From Eledone cirrhosa (Eukaryota), in contig OZ024749.1 in NCBI GenBank assembly GCA_964016885.1, forward strand, positions 49,786,001-49,850,000: a stretch of 64,000 nt of DNA. The letters are read 5' to 3'. Made by a program: the position numbers and the translations under genes. Positions 27,276-42,699 of this stretch are shown one piece after another; position 1 is the first letter of the stretch; each line of letters starts with the position of its first letter. The notes under the pieces were generated by a model. The model was not told the DNA's origin and did no database searches. It saw only the letters and a list, made by a program, of their open reading frames with translations.

Positions 27276-30200
27276 AACAGATTGAAGTTTAAGTAAAGAA
27301 TCGCTGCTTTCACCCTTAACGGGCAAATAAATATGTATATATATATATATATATATACATACCCGTAGAGCAAATACATATTTATTATTCACGATGAAAG
27401 CATGAAGCAAAGAAGTGCTTGCTTAAAATGTGTGTATATAGTCATGAATTATTAATGATGTAGAAGTCTGAAATTATTATTTAAGTTAGATCTGACATAA
27501 TTGTTGTGAATATAACACATCATTAGTTATCACATAATCTTGACGCATATTTGCGCAATGTTGTTTCCTTCAATATACCACCACCTGATTTAATGCTTCT
27601 CTCTCTAATGTCACTGCATTGTGTAACTTTCCGGTGTATATCATAATGAAGTTAACGCCGTCATACATTACTCATATCAATATAGCGAAGTCGTTAGAAA
27701 TGTTAATACCCAATCATCCATCAACTAAGGTTCAAATTAATGTGGATGATTTTGATTTAATATTCTAGCATGATGCCAATATAGCGATTATATTATTGAT
27801 TTATACAAAATCGTGTTTTTTATAAAACATGATTACCTCGTTTACAGGAAATATTAACCCTATGAACTTTTAAATATTTGTTGTTTTAATTAAAGTTCAT
27901 TAAAATGTAATTCAGAAACACCAGGTTGCGTTGCATTGTGTTAACCCAGTGGGTCTAATATGCTAGGCTTTTGGTGGGATCAATTTTAAAAGCACATATT
28001 TCAGTATTGTAGGGACTTAATCAACACCTAAAATTAGAATAGTTCACAGAAAACCCTGAAAACATTAGGTTGTGTACTTCATTATCAAACAGACTCAATC
28101 GACCGAAAGGATAATTTCCTATATTTTTCATAATGTCGAAAGGATCAAATAAAATGCGTGGAAATTTACGAATGCCAAACAGTAGGATATCAATTTGACT
28201 GAATTTGTTGCAATATTTTAATTAATTTTTTTAATTTATTTTTCTTTCAACAGTAAGGCTATGCGATAGCTTCAACCGAAAAAAGATCAAATATTTCCAA
28301 ACTTTCACAATGTTAACATTTGTTAAAATTTGCATGTGTATGTTGTGCATTATTTCTTTCGATTTTTATGATTATTATTTAAACAAAAAAATAAAAACAA
28401 TTGTCTTTAATAAATTTGTAATTGATTTAGACGCTTCTTTTAGTACGGGTTCAGAGAAATACTTCACGCTAAAATGCTTTATGGTTTGTTTAATTCCGCC
28501 ATCCTTCTAAATCGTTAGGGACAAAGCGAAGTTAAAATGTTATTACATGAAAGCAACACGTATTTAAGGGATTTATGTATACTAGTTTCTACAATAGTGT
28601 TGCCTCATTTGCTTTCTATGGTATTAATTCTCTAGCGATCTTGGCAATTCGATCCAATTATAAAATTAAGCAATTGTTCAATCTAATACGATGTACAACT
28701 AGTTACTGATAAATTTCCAAAATATAGCTGTAGTTTCTTCTTCTCTATTTATATTAATGAGATAATAAATTGTCATATTTAAAACTGTAACTACACATTT
28801 GAAATATGGTTCTTATTATATCTGATCAAGACAAATGTAAGTAAAGTCACTACCACGTTGAACATAACGGTAAAAAATACCAGATTTAGATATAACCTTC
28901 TAAAGAGGAATAAATCCCATTGCCATCACAAGAGTAGACTACATAAAATCACTTCACGATTTATTGACTAAGTGTGCATTGAGGAATTTCTCTAAAATAA
29001 AAGTAGCAATTTGTAAAATAAATATATGAAGATACCCAAATATTGGTTTGATATTTGTAACTCTCATATGATTTTAATCCACATACATTCTCAATCACAT
29101 AATGTCTACATAGTTGTAGACAACAAACAAACTTCGTAAAACATAATGTGTTCAAAAACTGTCAAACAACCGTTATTACTTATCTCTCTCTGTCCAATTA
29201 TTGAATATAAATTTTAACCTGTATATATTTTAAATTACTGCACTGATGCATTGCAGGGAATCATTTTCCCCAACTAGATTCGATTTTTTTTCTATCATTC
29301 TATGCTCGTATTGGAAATCAATATGTTAACAATTCTATAGTGATATTAATTAAAATGCTTTTCCTTCATTCATAACTCTATGTTCATAAAGTGAATTCCG
29401 TATTCATTTTATGAGTACAGCTGTAGTGTTATAATGGCTTGGGTAGCAGTTGTCAACATGGCAGGATTATGCTTGAAAATATTTAGATTATAAATGAATC
29501 TAATGATTTGAGTTAACAAGAGTGGAAATCATTTTTCATAATATTGAACTTTTTTTCAAAGCCAACATTGAAAGCAAGTACTTCTGCAAATTGATTTTTA
29601 ATCTTAGAAATATTCATGATTCTTAAAGAAAATGTTTCGAAAATTTTAAGCATATTTATGCCATGTGAACGAATGGATTTATTGTGTTAATTTTAACATG
29701 TTTATTCATGAGTTATAATAATTTTAATTCAAATTTCTCAGAGCAGAATACTTAGAAGTAAATATCATTATAATGTTCAGGGGAAATATAAGATGTATCT
29801 AGAAAACATTTAGGAAAGAAATCATATTTGCGTAATCTCCTGAGAAATTATTATCTACATAATTCTGCACAAACTGATTCGAAATAACATATTTTAAACT
29901 TTATTGGGTATTTCGTCCACATAATAATATTAAGACGAACAACTGACATTACTATTCATCCTTTAAGGAATAATGTCTTACATTATATTCAATGCCAAAT
30001 ATTAATATCTATATAGTGTCAATGTATAGGTATATTCAACACATATTATCATCTATCAAGAAATATTTGTAAAATTATTTTCTATAAACTGAAAGTAGTT
30101 TATTTGTAAACTTATATAATTTTTGCTACCTAAGTTATAGAAGCTTAATCGTGTCAAATTACTTGCAAAATTATTACGTCTATTGCTTCATATGTTATGC

Positions 30201-31290
30201 ATAAAATTTACTCTTAATATAAAATAAGCGGTGGAATATATTCGCGGTATCATATTTCTAAGTTATATGAAATTCATATGTTACATACAAACTGATGTGA
30301 TATATACATGGTTAATATGGAAATCATTGATTTCCGATATAAATATTTTCGTAAAATTCAAGTTGCTAAGAATTTAATATTAAGCTACTTTAAAACAAAT
30401 TAGCAGTTGTTAACTGAACTAAGTCAATAATTCATTTTGTTTGGCATCTCTCAAGCAAATATATTAATTTTATTTAAAATACAGGAATTGTACATGATGA
30501 TCGTTTTATAATAAAAATTGCCTATCGAAAATGGACCAAATATTTTTTTCATCGCATTTTCCAACAATATATCATGACATTGATTTAATCATGCATGTTC
30601 CATGCATTGGGCTGTACCTGAGCTTGGTTAATGCGTTATTTTTACTGATAATGTATATATATTGCCTTAGTCATTTAAATATAACCTACACACCACATGT
30701 TACCTACTTTCCCTTCCCATGCATTATTTTAATTACATTCTTTCTAAGCATTTTGCCTCCACTTTGTCGTTGAAATGATTGTGAAGACAGTACATTTCAT
30801 CACTGTGCGTTACGTTAAAAAGACAATGAGTTGCAGTACAATAGTTTCCCTTTATTTGTCTAATTTATCGAGAATAGACACTGTGGTCTATGTTATTGTA
30901 TTCTGTCATATTACAATTACGTGTCTGAGGGAGAGAATGGTATAAAATGTATGGCATATGACACCATAGAGATTTCAAGTAGTCAGCTAATAATAAGGGA
31001 CTTGTCCGGCTTATATCTGTTAAATTAGAGTACGTGACAACATTCTTGACATGGCGTCGGTATTCAAAATCTTAGCTGTTATAAAATATGTTATCCATTT
31101 ATATGGCATAGCAAGTTATTTGTATAACGACACACTTGATTTCGATGAAGAAATATCTTCCAAAATAGTTTCTCATAATGAATAACATTATTTTATTATT
31201 GGCCTGACAACTTCGGATTTCTTTGCCCATAGACTATCACATCAAATAGGAAGGATACATAGATGTGTGTTTTATCATTATTACACCATG

Positions 31291-31388
31291 CTTGACTTTG
31301 CCTTTCATCCTTACGGGGGTCATTAAAATAAAGTACCAGTAATGCACTGGATAATTGCTGGCCTTTTGCCTAGAGTAGAAAGAATTAT
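31291..31388 (+). mobile_element. 5'-truncated Deu/Nin SINE with 14-bp TSD
   Basis: TSD attattacaccatg at 31277-31290 and 31384-31397. Confidence 0.9.
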
Positions 31389-32097
31389 TACACCATGGTT
31401 TTTTGAATGGATAACACAAACACAATCACAGCTATCAATTAGTAAACGCGTTATAACACACACACAGAAGGAGAGAAACAGACACACATAAATACATGCA
31501 TGTATAGATATATATGTATATACATATATATATATATATATACATTATATATTGCATGTCATTCGAATCTAGTTTGTCTATCACGGAAGTAGGAAACTCA
31601 AAGCAGTATTGTGATGATTTCAATTCTGCATAAATATATCTTAGCAGCATAGTTATATATCATGTGTTCCGATAGGAAACACTTGTCGCTCACACGCCGC
31701 ATTGATGTATTAAATTATATTAAACTTATTACTATATTATATTATTACTGCCGTTGATAGGAGAGGTTCATGTTGCCATACGCTTAACACCATGCAATTA
31801 GTTATTAGTTGCCAAGCAATTTCCTGGAAAGCCTTTTAAGACAGATCTTGGGAAACGAACAACTTACACAAGCTTATAACAAATGAAAGAGTACTTATCT
31901 ATGTCCATCATGTGTTAGCATATTACTTTGGATTTTAGACAATATTTGACTATATTTCAATATGTGATTGTACAACCCATTGTAATCTGCGTTTTCCTTT
32001 AGAAATTGTAATCTGTGTTTGTATATTGTATCTACTGACGATACATTTCGAATTACATTTAAATAAAAATATTAAAGAAAGTATACCGACCATTATT

Positions 32098-32278
32098 CTG
32101 GCAGTATCGGTAGAGGGTCAGACACCATGCTTTCCAGCATAGTTACGTCCCTATACGATCTGAGTTCAAATCCCGCCGAGGTTGACTTTGCCTTTCATCC
32201 TTACGAGGTCGATAAAATAAAGTACCAGTAATGCACTGAGATAATTGATGGCCTTGTGCCAAAAGTAGAAACAATTAT
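32098..32278 (+). mobile_element. Deu/Nin-domain SINE
   Basis: Near-consensus copy. Possible TSD attattct at 32092 and 32274. Confidence 0.9.
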
Positions 32279-32297
32279 TCTAGCATAAATATGTATC

Positions 32298-32338
<41 letters not shown>

Positions 32339-32540
32339 AACTTTGACATGCTATCAGTGACATAATCTGAAATCTCCAATGTATGTCAGGTGACAGCATT
32401 TATTTGTTAAGTGTTTATGTGCATATCTTACAAATTATAGAATATATAACGTAAAACAAACTTACAAACACATGGTCAGTCCTACATATTTCTCTCTCTC
32501 TCTCACTCTCTCTCTCTTTCTGTTTGTTTATATATATATA

Positions 32541-32765
32541 TGAAATAAAATAAAATAAATCAGTCAAATGTTTTAAATTTGGCTTCGTTTATTACTGCTA
32601 TATATATTTCGGGGACAGCCATCTTTACCTGTGACCTCTTCAGCCAGTCCGAATTAGTGTGGTAGAGACGAGTACACATGTTGTTGAGGTGTATAACTTT
32701 GTCAATACTCTGATATGCCCAGTTCCTGGTTTGGGTTGTTATTTCACTGAGGAACTGGAATCATA
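32541..32765 (-). mobile_element. Family H element segment
   Basis: Homologous to 54065-54285. Confidence 0.8.
32594..32648 (-). ncRNA. Hammerhead, family H
   Basis: actgg CUGAAGA ggtcacag..ctgtcccc GAAA uauaua UA^ gcagt. One mismatch in helix I. Confidence 0.75.
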
Positions 32766-32829
32766 TGAATTCAAACAAACGAATTTCAGCGTCAAATGGC
32801 CTCTTCTCCTCTCATTAGTCCGTTATTAG

Positions 32830-34486
32830 AACATTCCTCAGTCAAAAGTCTATAGAAATTCGTTCTGAGGCAAACCAATCTATAGTTGTTGTTCTTGTTA
32901 TTGTTAGGTACATCTGACTTCTATTCTTGTGTTGGTAGTGGTGTTATTGTTGGAGTCAGCTAAACAAAAAGTGATGAAGTGGTAAAAGGAATAAGATGGT
33001 AAAGGAACAAAATAAAATAAAATAATCGAATAAAATGTGTGTGTGTGTTATACCCATCTAAATGTTATAACGATTTGTAAGGTCAAACATCCCATTGGTC
33101 AGTTTTGGGGGCATTCCTCAGTCCAAAGTCTATAGAAATTCTTTCTGGGGTGAAGCTCCCTGTAGTGTTTGTGTTTGCTATTGTTAAGTACATCTGACCT
33201 CTATCCTTATTTTGGTAGTGTTTTGGTCTTGAGGTCAGCTTATATCTTGATGCTGCTGACAATTTAGAGGTATTTGTGTGTGTGTTTCTTCATCCCTCCT
33301 GCCACCACATCCCGTGGTGGTGGTGGTGGTCGTGGTGGTTTGGAGTTCTGCCATGTATATGAAGATATAGAAGGCAATAAAATGAAGTAAACAGAAAATA
33401 AATAATAAATAGAGAATAAATGAAAAATTAATGAAAAGGTAATGAAAAAGTAATGACAAATGAATATGGAAAATGAAAAATGAAAATGAAAAGTGAAAAA
33501 TAAAATGAAGATTCAAATATAATAAGATAAAATGTGTGTGTGTTATAACCAATCTCAACTTAAATATAAGTATAAGGTGATAAAGTGAAGAAAACAAAAA
33601 AACAAATAACAAATGAATAATGAGAAATCTAAATTGAAAAATCAAAAATCAAGTAAATTAAAATGTGTGTGTGTTATACATATGTTTCCCAAATTATAAA
33701 GGCTGTGTCAGAATCAATCTCTAGGATACCATGGTGTCTGCTCAGCCTGGGTTCGTCCCTATGGCTTGTATTTATATTTAAGTTGAGATTGGTTATAACA
33801 CACACATTTTATTTGATTTTCCTATTTCGTTTTATTCTTTTACCATATTGTGCCTCCTACCAATCTATCCAACATATTTCTAACCTTAAGATTGGTTATA
33901 GCACACACACATTTTATCTTATTTTATTTGAATCTTCATTTCATTTTTCACTTTTCATTTTCATTTTTCATTTTCCATATTAATTGTTCATTACTTTTTC
34001 ATTACCTTTTCATTAATCTTTCATTTATTCTCTATTTATTATTTATGTTCTGTTTACTTCATTTTATTGCCTTCTATTTCTTCATATACCTGGCAGAACC
34101 AACAACACCACCACCACCACGGAATATGGTGGCAGGAAGGATGAATAAACACACAAACCGATACTTCAAAATGGTCAGCAGCAGCAAGACATAAGCTGAC
34201 CACAATACCAACAACACTACCAAAATAAGTGTAGAGGTCAGATGTACTTAACAATAGCAAACACAAACACTACAGGGAGCCTAACCCCAGAAATAATTTC
34301 TATAGACGTTGGACTGAGGAATGCCCCCAAAACTGACCAATGGGAAGTTTGACCTTACAAATATTTATAACTTTTAGATGGCTATAACACACACACACAC
34401 ACACACATTTTATTCGATTATTTTATTTTATTGTGTTCCTTTACTATCTTATTCCGTCTACCACTTTATCCCTTTTTTGAGCTGAC
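32830..34486. repeat. ~1.5-kb imperfect inverted repeat with internal tandem and inverted pieces, family N
   Basis: 32955-33555 is the reverse complement of about 33890-34486. 32830-32960 repeats 33113-33240 (period about 280 bp). 33530-33590 is inverted again at about 33770-33815. Confidence 0.85.
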
Positions 34487-34586
34487 TTACATTAATCCGG
34501 TGTAACCAAACCAATCTAGGCACCTCGTCGAGTGCTCCAATCTGCATACTGAAGTGTTGGGATACAACCAACATATACTAACAAAA

Positions 34587-34590
<4 letters not shown>
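34487..34590 (+). mobile_element. Family H terminal segment, inverted relative to 32541-32765
   Basis: Reverse complement of 8505-8600 and 53970-54066. Confidence 0.75.
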
Positions 34591-34626
<36 letters not shown>

Positions 34627-35387
34627 ACTTTTCTCTATATTGATAAGCAGTTGAGTTGTGAGCGTGTCTTGTATATATTGTACTTCGCAACTATGCATCG
34701 ATTCGTATATCCAATTATTATGAAAATATCTTAAATATATTGAATATGCTTTAAGTCATTTCTTAAGTAATACTTTATCTACAGCATGTCTAGTGTATGT
34801 TTGTATCTTTTTCCCATTACTTTCTTATATATCATTACCTTTGTAAAGAGCGCAAATCTTCAAAATGAGATGACGCATCTTCTATGTAATCTCTGAACCT
34901 TCACACTCATGAAGCTTACGTCAACATCCAAAATTCAATCCGACGATACTGCGGTATGTACTAAATAATTCACCCTCATTTATCATTTGCAAATTTGAAT
35001 CGGGAAATTATTAATCAAATCATTCCAAATGGATGAACCACGTAAAGTAAATTTCCTTCGATCCCAAAGCAGGTGAAGGTTTTCGTTATCTTAGACACAG
35101 AAAAGAAATGAATAAATAAATAGATTCATAAATAAATAACATTTTATTCCAATTACTTTAAAATATTTAGATTGCTATGAAAGAAATTTGAGGAGGATTA
35201 CAGTTTGGAAATGTTATTCGAAGAATTTAAAATGCAGCCTCATAAGAAATGTATAACAAGTTCAGCTCTCATGAGATACATTATCAAGATTGATGTAAAC
35301 ATTGATAAGGCTTCATACATTCGACACAGAATTCTATTTCTGCGTTAAATATGAACTAGGAGATGTTACAGACTGAGAGATAAATTG

Positions 35388-35659
35388 GAAAGTTAAGTTT
35401 AGCCGTGGAAAACAACACTCAATTTGATTTTAGAAAATGTGTAAAAAAAAGATTCAGTGAGTTGTTAGAAAAAATTTAATGACATCACTCATATATGTAC
35501 GCATATATAGAAACACCTTCCTACACACTAATACACATCCATACATACGCACATACACACTCATATATATACATACAGTTATATATATTTATTGAAATAA
35601 CAGATTAAAGTTGACGCAAAGAATCGTTGCTTTGGATTTTAGTCTTCAAATTTATTATC

Positions 35660-35740
<81 letters not shown>

Positions 35741-36022
35741 TAATTAATTTGAAGACTAAAATCCAAAGCACCGATTCTTTGCTTCAAATTTAATCTGTTA
35801 TTTCAATAAATATATATAAATATATGTATATATATGAGTGTGTGTGCGTATGTATGTATGTATGTGTGTGTATGTATGAAGGTGCTTCTATACATGCGTA
35901 CATATATGAGCGATGTCATTAAATTTCTCCTAACAAGTCACTGTATAGTAGACTTGAATCTTTTTTTACACATTTTCTAAAAGCAAATTGAGTGTTATTT
36001 TCCACGGCTAAACTTACCTTTT
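35388..36022. repeat. Inverted duplication (~270-bp arms) centred on (TA)n
   Basis: aagtttagccgtggaaaac... / ...tttccacggctaaactt. The inner parts of both arms are family M with the same internal deletion. Confidence 0.88.
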
Positions 36023-36049
36023 CAGTTTATGTATGTATATATATATATA

Positions 36050-36311
<262 letters not shown>

Positions 36312-36628
36312 TGTATATTGGGTCGTCACGTATGAAATTTGTAGACTTTTTTTCTACAAATCTCTACAAATGTCATGCTTGACGTCCCAATTTATATTTT
36401 GTACTACCTCTTCGCTTCCACATTTTGTTATATTTTTTCTCTGTTTATTTAAAAAAAATATGTATATATATTGGAATAAATGCTCTGAAAAAGCGATATA
36501 TATGTGAATATAGACATAGAATATTCGAAAATATTCTGTATGTTTATAATAAACATTTTGAAGACCTAATCGCTATAGAATAGAATACGTCACGTATTAC
36601 AATTAGATTCTCGATAAAAGCAAGGGAA

Positions 36629-36671
36629 GTAATCTACGCGTTTCATTCTTGTTAGAATTCATCAGGACTAC
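36629..36671 (-). ncRNA. Intact minimal type I hammerhead, family I
   Basis: Exact reverse complement of 36961-37003. Confidence 0.93.
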
Positions 36672-36960
36672 ATATCCAGTGCTTTTATCGAGAATGACAC
36701 AGCTTTATCGAGAATCTAATTGTAATACGTGACGTATTCTATTCTATAGCGATTAGGTCTTCAAAATGTTTATTATAAACATACAGAATATTTTCGAATA
36801 TTCTATGTCTATATTCACATATATATCGCTTTTTCAGAGCATTTATTCCAATTTCTAATTTCTGCCGGACCGGCAACCGCTCTTTCAAACCAGTTCCTGT
36901 ACACAGCTAAGTATTCTATAAGTCTCTAGCTGTGTCATTCTCGATAAAAGCACTGGATAT

Positions 36961-37003
36961 GTAGTCCTGATGAATTCTAACAAGAATGAAACGCGTAGAT
37001 TAC
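36961..37003 (+). ncRNA. Intact minimal type I hammerhead, family I
   Basis: gtagtc CUGAUGA attct-aaca-agaat GAAA cgcg UA^ gattac. Helix III region is the palindrome ACGCGT. Helix I extends past an internal loop by 16 bp (36937-36952 with 37010-37025). Confidence 0.95.
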
Positions 37004-37119
37004 TTCCCTTGCTTTTATCGAGAATCTAATTGTAATACGTGACGTATTCTATTCTATAGCGATTAGGTCTTCAAAATGTTTATTATAAACATACAGAATA
37101 TTTTCGAATATTCTATGTT

Positions 37120-37169
<50 letters not shown>

Positions 37170-37556
37170 ATTATATAAGGCGTAGGTTGGCAGTGAAAGA
37201 GGTATAGAAAGCGAAAGTGTGATACAGTGAGTGAGATATGGTGATGCATATGGAAATAGCCTGCTCATTACAAGCAGAGAGGCGGCGCATTTGAAGGACT
37301 CGCGTAATCTTAAGGTAAATCTCTTGGTGATTTTTCATTACACCTGGTCCTTTGAATTATATTTACAGTTCATCCGATGAACTTCATAAGAGTGTCCCTG
37401 CACATAAAGAATACGGTCAACTGGGATTAATGTAAACGACAATTCGTCATGTTTCCAAGAATTATCAAATCTGTTGCCTAAATACCTTGAAAATAAACTC
37501 AAATATATTCGACTATACATAGATACCTCATACATAGCATGAAATGATAGTCTGTA

Positions 37557-37607
<51 letters not shown>

Positions 37608-39657
37608 GTAAACATAATACAAACATAATCATAAACGTATGCATGTAATTCCCCTGTTGAAATACTCAGAACCACCGCAAATATTCTCGTGCATTATTCA
37701 CTTCGTTTCTGCTTTTTTTAGTATGATACATTCTTCATATAATTTCTTCGATTGTTTTCAATATGTAAGATATACATTGATTTGTTTCCATCTTTGATCT
37801 AGAATGCTATATCATAAATCTTTCCGCATATCCCAGTAGTTTGTCTACGACATAGAATAAATTATTGTGTATAGGAACATTTGCTTGTGTCCAATTTAGC
37901 AGCGTGCTTGAATTTATGTACAAATCATTGCATAGATGAATCTTATTCCATAGGGTGAACATTCTTTTTGGTTTACGGTTTTAAAAGTCTCAGGATTCAA
38001 TATGCTTGTGTTTCTCTTGTATGCGCTTGAATGACATATTGTGATATTTTAATTTCTAAGTGACGTACGAATTAGAATTCTGATAAAATATATTTTTAAT
38101 CCAGGAAAACATTGTACTAAATTATTTTCATTCTGTTATACCATGATAACATGATGTATCATATTTAACATTATATTTTAGCACGATTTTAGTCCTTAAT
38201 AAAGAAAATTGATTTAATAAACTTTCGCATCATAGATAGACATATGACTTGGAATATCTCACCTCGACTAATAATGCTTTGTTCAATTTCAAATCAAAGC
38301 AACACAATAACAGCTTTCCTTTACCAGCGTTCTCTATTGCGTCATTCATTCTATGCCAGATGAAATATTTTGTAGCATGTATACTAAGAGTATATATGTG
38401 AAAAGAAGTTATGAATTAGAGTTATACCCTATCCGCATTTCACTGGAGCTGGACACTTATACATTTGTAGTTCAATGTAAATTAATCTACTGTAGCTAAT
38501 GGAATATTGTATTATTTCAAAACGAGTATTATTTCATAGCTATGAGAAATTATAATTGTTTCAATTATATAAGATAATTTCATGATAGAGACACTGGGAA
38601 ATGTAGTTCTTAAGTTATAGATTGTCAGAGATTCAAGTCTTTCTTTTGTTACTTGCTATTAAAGATGTCTGTATTATACTTCTGTGAATTTGGTGTGTTA
38701 ATCAGCTGTTAATATACGTCAGGTAACACCATATATGCTTTAATATGTGTTGATGTCAGGTTATTGATATATAATACAAGTTACGTCACCCTGAAAATCA
38801 CAAATTATAAAAAAAATTATGAATTCACACATCTGCTCATATGTGTTTAATAAAGTATGTATATTGACAATTAATATGGAATATGAATTTATTTGTGTTA
38901 CGAAGCAATGGTTACACAATGCGATGACGAAATTATATTAATTGAAATACTATACATAAAACCGAGTATGTGTTCTTATTCAATACTGAACCTCATCGGT
39001 GGAATCAAATGTTTTTGATGAGAGCCCTAGGACATACAGTAATATGTTTCATTCTTCATTGAACCTCGACGAATGAAACTATTTTGAACAAATTTATATG
39101 CATATGCTACCCGTTTGAAGTTCATGGAGATCAATTCACAGATTTTTCTGTGTTGGGTGAGTGATTATGTGTATGTGAATGTTTTTCTTTTCTATATATT
39201 CAGTAGACATATAAAATTCATTGATATATACAATGATTGAATGTAAATATTTGCTAAATTACTTGCGATCACGACACGCTGAAGGATATTTCATAGAAAC
39301 ACACGAATCATAATGAAAATCGATAGATCTATATGGCTAATTTCAAAACGTATATATCTATACAGTAACTAACCATTAAAATGTAATACACATGCTCTCA
39401 ATTAAAACGGGACGTACAAAAACAGTTATGTGGCTAGGAATTATATTTTATTGCTAATATGATAACCATTCAAAATATTATGAATGATAAAAAATGCAGA
39501 TAAACGTAAAGTATAAAAAAAGAATATGAGAAACAAAGAAGAAATTTAATTATAGTGGGGCGAATCGGCCAACTAATATATTTAATAGAGGTGCAAATTC
39601 GCCGTACATTAAACGAAGCAATGTTCTGTTTTAAGAGATTTCTGTTAGGAGGATGAA

Positions 39658-39860
39658 AATAATTGTTTCTACTTTTGGCACAAAACCAGCAATTATCCCA
39701 CTGCATTACTTGTACACTGGTACATTATTTTATCAACTCCGTAAAAACGAAAGGTAAAGTTAACCTCTGTGAGATTCGAACGTAGACCATAAAGGTGCGT
39801 ACGTCTATGCTGCAAAGCATGGCATCCAACCCTCTACCGATACTGCCAATCCACATAACT
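39658..39860 (-). mobile_element. Diverged Deu/Nin SINE
   Basis: aattgtttctacttttggcac...ccctctaccgatactgccaatcc. Confidence 0.82.
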
Positions 39861-39903
39861 CACCAGGCTGAATATAACAGAACTAAAGGAGATATTTTAC
39901 GAA

Positions 39904-40006
39904 ATAATTGTTTATACGTTAGGCACAAGGCCAGCAAATACCAAGTCTATTACTGGTACTTTATTTTATCGACCCCGTAAGGATGAAAGGCAAAGGTAAC
40001 CTCGGC
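39904..40006 (-). mobile_element. 5'-truncated Deu/Nin SINE with 15-bp TSD
   Basis: TSD gatattttacgaaat at 39891-39905 and 40007-40021. Confidence 0.88.
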
Positions 40007-40503
40007 GATATTTTACGAAATGATGATTCAATAGTTAAATACACACGTAGGAAAACCTTCAAATTCCATTTTATCTTTTTCGATAGAGAGATATACTGAC
40101 ATACTATCGACCCAAAATATTAAGTAATTGGTGTGCGTAATTCCATACAGTTAATTTTCTTCGTGAAGGACATTTGAAATACAACAAAAGAATACCAATT
40201 ATAATATATCACTGAAATAACAATTATTATATTTATTTTTCTATGAGTTCGTTAATTGATACAAACGTCATAGTGGGATTTAAAAAGCAGCTTTGTATTG
40301 TGAGATGCGCCGCAAAAATGAATACCTTTATGTCATTAGGTTGAAATACAATCGTTCTTTGACAATAATGAAAAGAGGAACAATTCTTAATACATACCCA
40401 ATCACACTATCACCCCCCCCCTCCACACACACACGCATGCACATACATGAGCAAAGAAAAACACACACACACACATATAAATAGATATATGTATACATAT
40501 ATG

Positions 40504-40572
<69 letters not shown>

Positions 40573-40581
40573 TATATATAT

Positions 40582-40660
<79 letters not shown>

Positions 40661-40848
40661 TTATATATATATATACATGAGTATGTATATATAGTATAAA
40701 TATATATAAATATATATGTTTATAAATATATATAAGTATGGATATATAGTATATATATATATATATATATATATAAAGAAAAAAAGATGAAATCGAAAAC
40801 ACAACTGGAGTCTTATTTTTTTTTTAAATATATATATTTATTTGGTTC

Positions 40849-40884
40849 CTCTACCGGTTTCGCAGTTCTTCTGCTTTTCAAAAG
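40849..40884 (-). ncRNA. Minimal hammerhead, U3-A8 variant, family J
   Basis: ctt UUGAAAA gcag-aagaa-ctgc GAAA ccgg UA^ gag. Confidence 0.7.
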
Positions 40885-40956
40885 TAGAGTTGAGATGGAG
40901 GGTCTGTGGATTTTCTCACATCTGATAAAAGCCACAAATCCTCCATCTCACCTCTA

Positions 40957-40992
40957 CTTTTGAAAAGCAGAAGAACTGCGAAACCGGTAAAG
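40957..40992 (+). ncRNA. Minimal hammerhead, U3-A8 variant, family J
   Basis: ctt UUGAAAA gcag-aagaa-ctgc GAAA ccgg UA^ aag. Helix III region is the palindrome ACCGGT. Helix I is short (3 bp). Confidence 0.75.
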
Positions 40993-41139
40993 GAACCAAA
41001 TAAATATATATATATTTTTTTAAAAGAAGACTACAGTTGCATTTTCGATTTCATCTTTTTTTCTTTATACTTTCACTCGTGTAGGACACCTCGGTTATTT
41101 TTCATTTTGTAAAAAAATAATAAAAAAAAAACCCTCACT

Positions 41140-41816
<677 letters not shown>

Positions 41817-41964
41817 TTATATATATATACATATATATATACATATATATATACATATATACATATATTTATAAATATATATATATATAAATATATATAG
41901 ATAGATATAGATATATATATATAAATATATATATATATATGTATATATACTTATATATACATAC

Positions 41965-42005
<41 letters not shown>

Positions 42006-42012
<7 letters not shown>

Positions 42013-42168
42013 GTGAGGTTATTTTTTTACAAAATGAAAAATAACCGAGGTATCCTACACGAGTGGAAGTATAAAGAAAAAGAGATGAAATCGAAAATGC
42101 AACTGAAGTCTTATTTTTAAAAAAAATATATATATTTATTTGGTTCCTTTACCGGTTTCGCAGTTCTT
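42006..42168 (-). mobile_element. Family J copy truncated inside helix II
   Basis: Reverse complement of 40970-41143, with (TA)n on both sides. Confidence 0.82.
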
Positions 42169-42243
42169 ATATATATATACATAACATACATATGTATACA
42201 TATATGTATATGTGTGTGTGTTTATATATATATATTCATATAA

Positions 42244-42642
<399 letters not shown>

Positions 42643-42646
42643 TGTT

Positions 42647-42699
<53 letters not shown>

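Larger units (their letters stand above)
36471..37120. mobile_element. Family I retrozyme/pLTR-like element: inverted copy plus head-to-tail 310-bp monomer
   Basis: agaatctaat at 36711 and 37021 gives a 310-bp period. 36471-36703 is the reverse complement of the same unit. The copies look essentially identical. Confidence 0.9.
40774..41143. mobile_element. Family J fold-back element in (TA)n
   Basis: 40774-40914 is inverted at about 40927-41068, and the right arm runs about 75 bp further. A third, truncated copy is at 42006-42168. Confidence 0.88.

Noticed and set aside
34289-34360. CTGAGGA in family N read as a type I or type II hammerhead
   Set aside because: The type I reading has GACC instead of GAAA. 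The type II reading has no helix II pairing.
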